Source of the DNA: Proteromonas lacertae
Taxonomy: Eukaryota
NCBI GenBank assembly: GCA_002245135.1
Contig: NGBS01000296.1
Coordinates: 186,001-250,000, forward strand
Reading direction: 5' to 3'
DNA: 64,000 nt
Positions 12,903 through 25,577 of this stretch are shown here, piece after piece (the first letter of the stretch is position 1; each line of letters opens with the position of its first letter). The position numbers were made by a program, and so were the translations under genes. The notes under the pieces were generated by a model. The model did no database searches. It saw only the letters and a program-made list of their open reading frames with translations, and was not told the origin of the DNA.

Positions 12903-13244
12903 TATGTAATATGATTTTGTTGTTATATTATGTTTTTGATGAATTATATAAGCAATAATCATTAAACTTTTAGTATTAATAGTATAGTTCAAAGCTAATT
13001 CAAAATTTATAAAAGCTGATTTTTGAATAAATACTCTAGCTATACACAAGAACATGAATTTAGTATATCTACAAAATTTTAGCTTCCAACTCTAACTCGA
13101 TTGTTTCTAAAAATAGGAAAGAAAATAAAAGCACTAGATCTGAGTCAAGTATACTAATTCCTATATAAAATCCAATCAAATATATAATTGTTATTGTGAT
13201 TGATAGAGTTAATTTTTAATATTAAAATAATTAAATACTTCATA

Positions 13245-14056
13245 ATGAATAGAATATTTACCATTACACACCCTTCATTTAAGTATATTCATATTTGTTT
13301 TTATATATTATTGATAGAAATAGTAAAACTGTCGTGTTTTTGAGACATGGTCAGACTAGACACAATATTGATGCTAGTAGATTTGAAACGATAGAAGGTA
13401 TTTGATAGTAATTACTTTGAAATAGAAAGACGTACTAATGTTTATAGAAAGAAAGAATATCTTGATTCAGAGTAATAATACATAAAATAATTATTGTATA
13501 TGAATAGATTAAACGATGAAGGTATAAATCAAGCAAAGAGTTTGAATGAATTAATGAAGAAAGAATCAAAATTCGATTTAATAGTTGTTTCACCATTAAC
13601 TAGAACATTACAAACAATGGAATATGCTTTTGATGGAATTGATTGTCCAAGAATTGTACAACCTGTATAATATATGAAAATATAAATTCATTTTTTATAA
13701 TTTTGTAATAGTTAGTAAGAGAACACTTTGGAGACTATTATACAGATAGTTATAGAGATATGGATGAAATTATACCACGATTTAAAGGTGTAGATTTTAG
13801 TTTAGTTAAAGATACAATTGATCCATCGATAGAAATGAGAGAAAGAGAGAGTTGGGAAGATATGGACAAAAGAAGTAGTGAATTCTTAGAATGGCTAAGT
13901 CAGAGAGAAGAAAATAGAGTTGCTGTAGTATCACATTCATCTTTTTTGAAGAGATTTTTTGCTAAATTTGTGATTAATGATATTAGTGAAGAAGGGTTGA
14001 AGTCTATGGCTTTTAACAATAGTGAAGTGAGAGTTTTAGAAATTAATCCTATCTAG
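13245..14056 (+). CDS. Histidine phosphatase / phosphoglycerate mutase-like protein (copy 2)
   Basis: RHGQTRHN, VVSPLTRTLQT, VAVVSHSSFL, FNNSEVR. Confidence 0.85.
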
Positions 14057-14158
14057 AATATTAGTTTATGATTTTTTTAATTTATAGTATTAAGTGACAC
14101 TAATTTGTCAAACATAACGTCAAATATATTTTATTGTTTTTCATTTTTCTTTATTATT

Positions 14159-14917
14159 ATGAAAGAGTATACTATAAAAAGTCCATTTGTAAAGTATACA
14201 TATAATAGTAATTTGTATAATGCAGAGAACATAAGACAATTTACTTTGTAAGGCATGGAGAAGCAATGCACAACTTAGAGGCAGCAAAATATAAAACAGA
14301 GGAAGGTATATCTCAGTAGTAATTGTTTTAGAAAAAGAAAAATTCGTTTACGCTTGTAAAGAGTATATTGATCCTGAGTATATCCATATAATTAAAAATT
14401 ATAATTCATTAGGTTATCACCACATGGAATTGAACAAGCAAAAGCTGTGAATAAAGAAATACAAAGTTTTATTCCTCAATTTCAAGTAATTTACACCTCA
14501 CCATTAACAAGGACAATCCAAACAATGGAAAATATATTTGATGGAAGTACCTGTCCAAGAATAGTACAACCGTTACTCCGTGAACGTTATGGAATACATA
14601 TATGTGATAGTTGGATAGATTATAATACAATAAAGAGCAGATTCACAGGTGTTGATCATAATCTAGTAGCAGATATGGTTGATGAAACAATGATAATGAC
14701 TACTAGAGAAACAGATGAACATGTGTATAAGAGATGTGAAGAGTTTTTAGAGTTTATTGGAAAGAGAAAAGAGAGTATAATTGGTGTAGTTTCTCATTCT
14801 GATTATTTACAACATTTATTTGCTGCTTATGTGTTGAAAGATGTTAGTGAGAAAGGATATCATGATGCTTACTTTCAGAATTGTCAAATGAAGATTGTAA
14901 ATATTGATCCACAGTAA
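14159..14917 (+). CDS. Histidine phosphatase / phosphoglycerate mutase-like protein (copy 3)
   Basis: RHGEAMHN, TSPLTRTIQT, GVVSHSDYL, FQNCQMK. Confidence 0.85.
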
Positions 14918-14961
14918 ATTGTTATCAAGTAAATATTAAAATATAGTTTATCATAATTTGA

Positions 14962-15150
14962 TCATTCAATATTTAAAAATTCTATTGATAATTCTTTCTT
15001 TTCTTCTTCTGAAGTTCCATATATTTTTAAAAGGTGATATTTCTATTAAATAGTCATTATTGAATAGTAATTCTTTTTCATTATTTCTTTTTTCATTTTT
15101 TTTTTGCTTATTCTATCATCACATTCTACACCAAAACTGTATTTATATAT
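14962..15150 (-). pseudogene. Internally deleted relic of the pseudokinase-LRR family
   Basis: Patches KYSFGVECDD, KELLFNNDYLIEISPF and GTSEEEKKELSIEFLNIE* match KYSLDVECDK, KEILFNNDYTLDISSF and GISEEEKKELSKEFSNIE* of the gene at 57768-61018. Confidence 0.7.
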
Positions 15151-15296
15151 CAGAATATAAATTATTGTTCATTTTGATTCTTTGGGGCTAATATTTAATC
15201 AAAAATTTTGGTTAAATGTCAAATTCCCCAAGAATTTAAAAAACTCTTTTCGTTGCTATAATCAAACATTAAAACAAAACAAAATGCAACAATAAC

Positions 15297-16066
15297 TTAA
15301 AAACTTACATAATAATGTAAAACATCTAAAAATGGAAATCCAAGTTTATCAAACTCACATTGACCATGTGTGTATCCAAAAGTCTCAGTCTCAAACAATT
15401 TTGAGTCTAAATTACTTTCACCTATTTTTATGTCATTTAGAGTGTATGATATTGTTGGTTCGAATTTTTCACCGATTTTATAATACTCAGTCACTCTTAT
15501 TACAACTATTTTATAATAATAATAATCATTATGAATATATATACTATTGAGTTGTTTATCTTGATAAAAATGCATTTCATTATTCTCAGTTGAAAGAACA
15601 TAATGATCACATACATATTCTCCTATAAGTTCAGTATCTTGAATCTTTTTAACATCAAAATAAGGAAATTGAGGTTTTGGCATTTCAACATCTGTTTATA
15701 TTATATTATAATGTTTATTATTTATACTTATAAATGATCTTGTACATTCTTTAAATTGACCTGATATTTTATACTCCCATTCTTTATCATATCTACGAAT
15801 ATAAGTGATATTCTTTTCAAATTCTGAGATCATATCAGCTCTAGCTACTTTTTTGTTGTAATTGTAGTAAACTTTATATGTGTTGCTATTTGGTGGGTAT
15901 CCATCATTTTTCTAGATGAGTAATAATTTTGAAAATATACATTAGGCTTTACTTGTGTTATAACATTTACTGTTGCACTAAAAGCACGAGGAATATTCAA
16001 AGGAGATGGATTGTATTCTTCACATAAAATGAAACTTATTAACAAAAATATCAAATATAACTTCAT
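15297..16066 (-). CDS. Small secreted protein (possibly ependymin-related/LolA-like fold)
   Basis: Signal peptide MKLYLIFLLISFILC, PRAFSATV, IGEYVCDHY; three GT-AG introns; fold assignment weak. Confidence 0.55.
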
Positions 16067-16159
16067 AAACACGAAATTCCACTTTCTTTATAAATTTGGC
16101 TTGAAGTTTTGCTTGAATAATTTAACTTTTCTTGTTTTCTTTTCATACCAGCCGAAATT

Positions 16160-17403
16160 ATGGGTTCCAACTCTTCTCGTCAAACATTCTTATCGCAGCC
16201 TGCTCGTGATAGCCTACCACCCCCAAGAAGAAGTCATCATCAAATTCCACACTTATCAGTAAGGATATGTATGTAATATTTCCTAGTATATGAACGTTCT
16301 TTTTTTTCAACCATTTCCAGATGATTTTACAGAACAACAAATAACTGATTCAATAATTCGTCCAGGGTTTCAGTTAGCAACTTCTGTCAAGTGTGGAAAG
16401 AAGTATTCCTACAATAATTATATATTTAAAGTATAAAGTTAAAATGTACATTTTATATAGGTTACTCATTCCTATCCTCCGGAAGGTGTAGTGAGGGAAA
16501 TGACTCGAATTACATACATAGGCAACACATTACATAGAAATACAGCATTGCAGAGAGTACATATAGTTCCATTTGCAGATAATTTCTCTCATTCGTCTTC
16601 CGCTCCTCCAACAGGTGATGCTTTATGGAATAGTTATATAAGTAACTTATTTCCAGTAGGAAGACACTTAATGGAAGGTGAAATATTATATAAAGATGAT
16701 AAAAAGTATTTAGTATTAAACTGCACTCCATCTGATGGTGTTATTTCTGAAGAAAGTGAAATAAGAATTGATGGAAATCCAGTAAAAACAATCAACATTA
16801 TGAGAATCTCAATAAAATCAAATGTTGGCGTAGAATCTATTAATAGCGAAGATGTAGTTGATTATTTGAGATTTGGTACAAAATTGATATATGAAAATAC
16901 AATAATATCTATTGCAGATGTTCACCATATATTTATAGAGAATATTGGTAGATTGTATAATAATAATAATAATAATAATGGCAGTAATGGTATTGGTGGA
17001 AGGTTAAGTGGAAATTGTAGAATAGAGTTTACAGGTCAACAGTTTAATGATGATTATCCTTCTTCAGATGATTTGGTTGCTATTAATTATAGAAATCCGA
17101 ATAATAGTGCATTAATATATCATGTTAGACCAGCATTTAGAGTATATATATATATATATAGTATTGTTGTTGTTTTTCTCATTCTTTTCTTCTTTTTTTT
17201 CTTTTCATTTCTTAAATTTTTTAATATGTTTTTATTCATTATTATGTATATAGAATCAGCATGTAATTATATATTGTCCAAATTGTGGAGCTGTAGTTGC
17301 TACTAATCCTTCCAATGAGAATCAAAATGTGAATATAATGTGTAGATGTGGAATACCTTTATCAATTCCATATACAAATAGAAATCTACAAATTGGTATA
17401 TGA

Positions 17404-17441
<38 letters not shown>

Positions 17442-17831
17442 GCTCCACCATTTTTGCGTAATCCTAATGGTCAAAATATAGCAATGTCACCTGAAGATAT
17501 AATGCGTATGACTTTAGCACGATTTGATGGTTTAGAAATGGCATTTAGAAACAGACAAGCACTTGAGAATCATCAACAAAGAAGAAGTCATGGATTAAGT
17601 GATAGACAAATTGAATTATTTCCAGTAAGAAAATTCCAACCAATAGAAAGCAGTGAAAGTGAATTAACACAATGTACTATTTGCTTATGCGATTATGAAG
17701 CTGGTGATGATATTCGAACACTTCCTTGTTTTCATTATTTCCATGTTTGTTGTATTGATTCGTGGTTGGCTAATCATTCAGAATGTCCTCTTTGTAAAAA
17801 TGATGTTCGTCATTATGAAATGTATGAATAA
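16160..17831 (+). CDS. RING-H2 E3 ubiquitin ligase with N-terminal MGS (myristoylation-like) start
   Basis: C-terminal CTICLCDYEAGDDIRTLPCFHYFHVCCIDSWLANHSECPLC; upstream exons join in frame through GT-AG introns. Confidence 0.85.
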
Positions 17832-17951
17832 TTGAATTTTATATAGTTATTAAATATTTATTTTTCTATACTGTTTTTAAATGTAGTGTGTTAATCGTTA
17901 ATAAACAGAGTAAAAGGAAATAATATAATAAACTAAAGAAAAATTGTAAAT

Positions 17952-19808
17952 CTATTTAAACAATTTCGCATTTAAACTATCAATAGCTACTTTCCATCTG
18001 TTCGCATTACCATCACAATCTGTATAATGGTATTTACGATGTGTCTATAGAAATATTAGATATATATATCAAAATACAGTAATTAAATCAAATGACTTTG
18101 AATTTCTCAATTCAACAATTAATGGAGAAGTCCATTGTATTTCTTTTGTTATTTTATTCAACTGTATATCAATCACTAACAATCTTGGCTTATCAGTAAG
18201 GATAAGTTGTCTTTTTACTGTTAAAAATGTCTTTTTCTTCCATATTGGAGCAGTTAAGATTATCTCTTCACCATCCATCAGAAAACTCTCCCAAAACTCT
18301 TTATCATATACTTTCATATTGGGTTCAATATTCTCTATTCTCATTGATGGAGTAACTAAGTCATCTGGTGGAGATCTTGCTGTTGATTCAGCAGAGTTAC
18401 TTTCTGAAATACTGGAGACTATATTGTGTGTTAAATCTAATTGTTTAATCATTACTGGTTCAGCATCTTCATCAAGAATAAAATCATTATTTAACATATC
18501 AATTGAATCCTATAAAATATATATAATTTAAAATACTTTTGAAAGGGAAGGTAATAGGATTTTATTTGGAATATATGGTGGTTTTGATGATATTACATTC
18601 TCATAATCAAATTCATCTAATAAAGGATGATCTTTCAAAGCATTATAATCATTCTCAGATCCTTCAATACCAGCACCTAATCGTTTATGTGGATCTTGGT
18701 TTAATAATTTGGTTATTAAATCTTGGATTTCTTCAGGAATATCTTCAGTGAATATACTTGGATCTGATGAATCAAATTTTAATATTTCATCATATATAAT
18801 AAATTGACTATTTATTTATTTATATAATAATTATTATTATTATTATATATATACTCTTTATTTGGTTTAAATATTGTTTTACCATAATATAGTTCATACA
18901 ATATGCAACCTAATGACCATAAATCACAAGCTGGACCTAGTGGCTCATTTCTCAATACTTCAGGAGATACATAAAGCGCTGTACCACAGAAATCACATGA
19001 TTGTTCACGATAACTAATTGCTTTTTGATTGATTAAAGCAGTACCAAAATCAGATAAACGAATATGTCCATCTGTTCCGATTAATATATTCTCTGGCTTT
19101 AGATCTCTGTGTACACAATCTACTTCATTGTGTAGGTAATCTAATGCTAATATTAACTCTGCGATGTAAAAACGGATTACTGGTATAGATAGAGGAGATG
19201 AGTTGTTTCTAATTAATTATTATAATATTTAATAATATTATATACTTTATTACTCCACTTAAATCACCTCTTCTACATAGATCCATTACCATATATAAGT
19301 TATCTTTGTCTTGAAATGAATAATGTAAACGAATAATTAAAGGATGGTTAGAATGACATAGCACTTCTCTTTCAACCATGGCATAACGAGTTTTATCTTG
19401 CTATTATTATGTAGAACTCTTAATTATACCTTTTTTAGGAATGCCTTATCCATTATCTTAACTGCATATTCATTACCTGTTCTTTTATGTAATGCAATTT
19501 TAACCTAATGATAATACTATAAATAATACTGAAGCATAAGATCCTTCCCCTATTGTACCTCCAAATATAAAATCTTTCCTACTAACTGAATGTGTTACTG
19601 TACGAGCTTCTTTAAAAATTAATGGAGGCTTTAAAGGTTCTAAAGAATCATTATATCTGAAATCATACCTGTATTTTCTGCCAGCTTAGTTTAGTAATAT
19701 GTAAGAAATAATAACTATGATATTAAATGAACAAATATCAATCTATTTAACTCTATAAAACACTAACTGTCTTAAAAAATAATAAAAAAGATACCGTTTC
19801 ATTCTCAT
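17952..19808 (-). CDS. PDK1: 3-phosphoinositide-dependent protein kinase 1-like (kinase + C-terminal PH)
   Basis: IGEGSYAS, HRDLKPEN, DFCGTALYVSPEVL, PDK1-type PH EEIILTAPIWKKKTFLTVKRQLILTDKPRL; first exon uncertain. Confidence 0.85.
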
Positions 19809-19896
19809 TTTTTTCAACTCAAATTTAACCACAATAAAACAACAAAATTATAATAAATAGTATTATAAATGAAATTAAAATGCTATATTACTAATA

Positions 19897-21559
19897 TTAC
19901 ATACTCCTTTCACTAACTATTGGAGATTTTGGAGTTTTAAGAACTGTATTCAAAGGATCATGTCTTTTCTTTTTCTTTGATTCTTTACTAACACAATGAA
20001 CTGCGTTCAAAAAGGTAGAACACATACTATGGCTTACAATTTTGAACTTCATACTCTCTCGTTTTATTGATCCAACAATACTTATTATATTCTCCGTCTT
20101 TCCTTGAATTGTATTATTGTAAACCTCATCGATTTCTCTCATGTCTCCAGTACGTTGATGAAATGGAAAAGTTGCATTACATCTTGTATTTGGATTATAT
20201 AATATTACCATAACTCCTGTCATTAAGAAATAGGATAAAAATGATATGAAATAATAAACAGAATATCTTTCATCTTCTTCTACAATATCAGCAATTATAG
20301 TCACAACTATTCAGTAATAATAATAATAATAATATACAGAAATATATGATGAAATATATGATGCTAATTAAATTAAACTTCATATAAAAATGCAACTTTC
20401 TGGTTGAGTTTGAATATGTATAATACATCGTTCCTGATCCCCATAAAAACACTATTCCTCTTATTACTATTATCATTACACCTGGTACATCCGTAAATAA
20501 TGTATTTTGAAAATAATCAGGAATATTATATTCTAACAAGAATAAATAATTAAAATATAATAAAAAAATACCTTTATATATAACAAATATGATTTGTAAT
20601 TCTAATATTACGGTATAAAAAAAAGCTACAAACATTCTCGTCTATTTAAAAATAGTTGTTATACAGTGAAATATACTGATTTTGATAATTTTCTTTTTGT
20701 TATCGTCCAACCATTTGCGATTAACAACAACAACAGAAACAACAACATTTCAGATAATGTAAAGAGAGTTTTAAATATATATCTAAATACGCTTATTCTA
20801 TAAACATTAAACAGTAGATTATTAACAATACATTCTACCTTCTTCACTATAATAAGTATAGTAAATTGTAAAAAATGCCAAACCACAAATGTTACTAAAC
20901 ATTGATCCATTCAATATTTTCACTGTCAAATGATTCTTATCTAATACTTTTAAATTATATTGAATATTTACCAACCAACAATATACGAATACATTCATCA
21001 AAAAGAATAATATTCCAGCAACAAACATACTTTGCTCATCATAACTTATAAATACTCCAGTTTCGTTATTTCCATTTTTTATTTCTAATTTAAGGACTGT
21101 ATCAATATTACCTTGACAATTATAACCACTACCATCATTACATGATAGATCACATGACGCAATACAAATATAATAACACAGATCTTTAACTTTAGTGTTT
21201 GGAAATGTCATATTAAAATTGAACACTTTTCGTTGTGTATAATCTATTGATTTTAATACTTTTTCTTTGCATGGTACAGCTGAATTTAGTATATATTCAT
21301 CAGATATAGAAGTAGAGTAGTAAAGTATCATGGGACTTATAGACTCTGATAATACTGAAAACATCATCCCACTATGTAATATATTTTTTATAATATACGA
21401 AATAGACGGATTGTATTGCGGATCAGTTGGAAAGCAGAATCGAGATAATATCATCCAAGAATCACTTGTGTGTATATATTTACTTATGATAGTTGAATCT
21501 ACAGTTTCAAGAAATATCAGTAATGCTAGAATAATGAAATACATTTTAAAAAACAACAT
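19897..21559 (-). CDS. GPR180/TMEM145 (intimal-thickness-related receptor)-like 7TM protein
   Basis: N-terminal WMILSRFCF, WY/YICIASC, ISYDEQ, LLLLIANGWTITKRKLS, C-terminal NATFPFH. Confidence 0.75.
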
Positions 21560-21597
21560 TCGAAACGGTAAGTATTTTTGTATTGTTTATTTCAAAA

Positions 21598-22043
21598 CTA
21601 AACAACATTATAAAATTCTATTGATAATTCTTTCTTTTCTTCTTCTGAAATTCCATCAGACTTTATCATCCCAATACTTCTTTGTTTTCTCTCATTTATC
21701 TCTATTCATCTATTTCATAATAAAATTTTCTTCCACAATGGTCTTTATTCTATTAATCTTTCCATTAACACTTCTAATTCATTTTTTACTCATCACAGTA
21801 TCTATATGAAATAGAATACAGTATTATATTATATTTAAAATATACTTCAAATATTTGATAATTAATCAATAACAAATTTATATAGATTTTTACATACATT
21901 TTCTATGATGAATTGATATATACTCAACATTTTCATATAAAGAATCATCTAATTCTTTTAATCCTTTATTGCTAATTTGATTATTGGATAAAATAAACGT
22001 CTTTAAATCAATCTTAATGATTACCTTAAGCAAATTGCTTTTA
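21598..22043 (-). pseudogene. Degraded 3' relic of the pseudokinase-LRR family, interrupted by the hAT element (continues for a short stretch after 25450)
   Basis: GLKAIC, LSNNQISNKGLKELDDSLYENVEYI, CKNLYKF and DGISEEEKKELSIEFYNVV* match the LRR exons at 44200-44959; contains stops and deletions. Confidence 0.8.
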
Positions 22044-22694
22044 GTCCATTCCTGGGTTCGATAAAGGGCGTCCTTTTCGAATTTTGCCCTATTTTTGCCC
22101 CTTTTTTTTCAGCTGAAAAGAAGCCTGCCCCTTACTGCTCGGGCATAGTAATATTACCATGTGTTATGCTGTAGTATATTTTTTCTGATTTTTTGTTATA
22201 ACTTTTCCATATTATCATCTAGATATACTAACATATGTTAAAAAGGATATATTATTGTGTATTATAGCATAATAGTCATCTACTTTTCTTATGATTATAT
22301 AATATCATATGTTTATGCATATATACTAATTATATAGAATATACATACTGTATATCATATTCTGATATGCATATATATACATTATGTACATTTCAAGGTG
22401 ATTGACGTCACTGAACATAAATGAAATTTATATAATAAATAATTTTGTATATTACACATATATCATATAGATAATTAAGAAGTATAGCTATAGAATGGGT
22501 ATTTTCAGTTAATTGATAATCAATAGTACTTGTTATGATAATAACATAATATATTTCATAAACTAATAGAAAAACTATTTCAAAATTACTATTTAGTATA
22601 TTTTGTATACTACTTAATGTATTTCAAGCAATTATTTGAATACTTAGAAAATGGTTTGAGAATTTCGAGCTATCATTTTGCATTTCAATTGTAT

Positions 22695-24497
22695 ATGGGT
22701 AAAACGAGAGATGCTGTGTATAGATACTTTAATGAAGATGTGGTGTTAAAGAAACCCCTTGAAAAATACAACAGAATTCAATGCAGAAGGTGCAAGGCAA
22801 TGATTATTGCTCATTGCACTAATTTGAAACGTCATTACAAAAAGTATAAATATATTTATTATATTTATTAAATTAGATGTAGTGAAAAGCTAATCCAATC
22901 AAAACTTACAGAATTGAGATATGATGAACGTGCAATAAACTTAATGGTGACCAAATATCTTATAGAAAATAACTTAGCTTTCAGAACCATACAATCTAAA
23001 TCCTTTAAAAATCTAATATATACATTAAATCCAACTACAAAGTCAATAACAATAAACAAAATAAAAGCATCAATGAACGAAGAAGCAGAAAGAATAGTAA
23101 AGGAAATTGTAGATAACAGTAAAATATGTATAATTGTGGACTCTTGGAAATCAGTAACCAATGAAAACGTTATTAATTTGGCAATAAAGAAAAGCAGTGA
23201 TATTTCGTTTTTGGAATCCATTTATTTACATAAACGAGAAACATCAGAAAATATAGTGGAATTAATAATTCAAACATTAGTGAAGTATAAACTAGATATT
23301 AAAAACATTGTTGCTGTGAGTAGTGATAACAACTACACCATGAAAAAGATAAGTAGTATTTTAGAGAAAAAAATAAATAGACCTGTAGTAAAGTTTGGAT
23401 GTTTAGCACACATCCTAAACTTAATCAGTAAAAAAGTATTCGAAATAGAGAAATACAAAAAAGTGATAGTCATGTGTAATGACATTATTCATAAGTTAAA
23501 TAATAATCAAAAGATTAGAGAAACTATATATTCAATTATACAAAAAAATATCCAAATACGCAAGGGTTGTGATACGAGATGGTCAAGCTATAGCGATGTA
23601 TTTAGAAAAATATTACTCAATAAAGAAATTTTATTACAGATAAAATTATTAAAGGAAGAAGATATACCAGAAATTAAAGAATGCTACAAGATTGCAAAAT
23701 ATATTTCCACAAATATACACTTATTATGCAAAGATTCATCTACATTAAATGATGGTTTCAGAATATTGACCAAAATTAAAAGAAAGTTAATGAAAAGGTC
23801 ATCAAGTGAAAAAGAACTTATTAAAGACATTATAAAAAAAGAGACTAGACATGCAAACTACAGCATTTTAGCTCTATATGAATTTTTAGACATAAACAGT
23901 AAACATAAATTTTCAGACATGGAGAAGGATAATATAAAAAGATATATATTATCTAAATTCAGCCCTATTTTAAATCAGAAAGCATTAAATGAGATTTATC
24001 ATTTTGAAAGAAGAAAACCATACTGCAAAAAGTGCCCTTCAGATATATTTTCGAAAAAGATATCAACTAATATATGGTACAATATGTATGGAGTTTTTTA
24101 CCCAAATGTTAAGAAGCTATATGATATTCTTTCAACTATTCCTGTCACAAGCTCATTTATTGAACGTTCATTTAGTATTGAGGGAATAGTTCATAATCAT
24201 ATTAGAAATAAATTACAGCTTAATACTATAAATAATATTTTAAGAATAAAATATGATTTATTAAAAGAAAAAAACAAAGAAAAAGATATAAATGAAGATG
24301 ATAATGATATTAGTGAAGAAGAATATAATTTAGATGTGCTGAATGAAATTGATAACAATATAGTATATGACACTTTAGATTATCAATGTTCTGGTGATGA
24401 AGATGAAAGTTCTGGTAGTTCTAGCGATGAAGGTTTAAGTTGTTGTTCCCCGTATGGCGGAAATCCCCGTATGGCGGAAATCTATATTGCAGAATGA
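22695..24497 (+). CDS. hAT transposase (BED finger, DDE core, C-terminal dimerisation domain); last 18 aa supplied by the inserted MITE
   Basis: Exon 1 BED finger CRRC..NLKRHYKK|C, intron 22844-22876; IIVDSW, SSDNN, CLAHILNL, TRWSS, SSFIERSFS. Confidence 0.92.
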
Positions 24498-25079
24498 TTC
24501 AATCAAAACTAATATGATATTCATGATGATCGGAGTTAGTTATTAACAAATATATAGTTAGTTTGTCATATGACCTACATCTGTGATATACTTATTTATG
24601 AACTTCATTATTATCAATATTAAACTAAATTTTGAATATTTTCTATTTTAACGTTTCAGTCACTACTACAGTCTAAAATACATTATCTGATATGAATAGA
24701 ATTCACTATTTTTAATGTTAAGGAGGTTAAAAAAGAAAAAAGAAAAAATAAGTTCAAGCCTCACTCAAGCCTGCTCTTTAATTTCCTTTTTTATTACCTT
24801 AACATTAAAAATAGTGAATTCTATTCATATCAGATAATGTATTTTAGACTGTAGTAGTGACTGAAACGTTAAAATAGAAAATATTCAAAATTTAGTTTAA
24901 TATTGATAATAATGAAGTTCATAAATAAGTATATCACAGATGTAGGTCATATGACAAACTAACTATATATTTGTTAATAACTAACTCCGATCATCATGAA
25001 TATCATATTAGTTTTGATTGAATCATTCTGCAATATAGATTTCCGCCATACGGGGATTTCCGCCATACGGGGAACAACA
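24441..25079. mobile_element. Non-autonomous hairpin element (MITE), TGT..ACA ends, Ginger/TDD-like
   Basis: Inverted arms 24441-24723 and 24797-25079 (283 bp each, no mismatch seen by eye), 73-bp spacer, 5-bp TSD TAAGT (24436-24440, 25080-25084), tandem 17-bp CCCCGTATGGCGGAAAT near each end. Confidence 0.9.
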
Positions 25080-25577
25080 TAAGTGATGAAAATTCTAGTG
25101 ATGAAGATGAAAGTTCTAGTGATGAAAATGAAAGTTCTAGTGATGAAGGTTTTAGTGATGAAGGATCTCAAAGCCCTTACTTTTAAGGCTATTATTATAA
25201 TGAAATATTATTGTTTGTTATTGTTATAAGATAATAATACATAATTATGAAAAGAATAAATATTTTTATAGCGTTTAATATCCCTAAAATCGCACAAAAT
25301 ATAAAAATTCAAATAAAATAATTGAAAAGGGCAAATTGTACCCTTTTCTATTTTTAGATAGTATAAAGGACGCCCCTTTCAATTTTTGCCCGGGACATGC
25401 CCTTGTCCCGCCACTGCCCTGTCCCTTTATTATTCAACCCAGGTCCATTCAGAAATATGTTCATTACATGTAATGAATACAATCATGAAAATATATTATT
25501 TCAAATATAAAACACAATTAAATGAACAAATCAATTTTCAAACATCAATAAAATAATAACGTTGTAATATTAATATT

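Larger units (their letters stand above)
22052..25442 (+). mobile_element. hAT-superfamily DNA transposon
   Basis: 8-bp TSD GTCCATTC at 22044-22051 and 25443-25450; imperfect TIRs CTGGGTTCGATAAAGGG / CCCTTTATTATTCAACCCAG; GCCC-rich subterminal motifs; encodes hAT transposase. Confidence 0.93.

Noticed and set aside
12903..13244. Possible further LRR relic (LFLKIGKKIKALDLSQ) in the spacer
   Set aside because: Too short, with no clear match to the other LRR copies
22054..22061. GGTTCGA tRNA T-loop/B-box-like motif
   Set aside because: It lies within the hAT left TIR, and no cloverleaf can be built around it
24447..24481. Repeated 17-bp GC-rich units as a CRISPR-like array
   Set aside because: Only two abutting copies per arm, no spacers, no cas genes; they are subterminal repeats of the MITE
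24439..25083. MITE removed as an intron (introner) using GT in the left TSD and AG in the right TSD
   Set aside because: Splicing there gives TAAT instead of TAAGT, a 1-nt loss and frameshift; 645 nt is also far above local intron sizes
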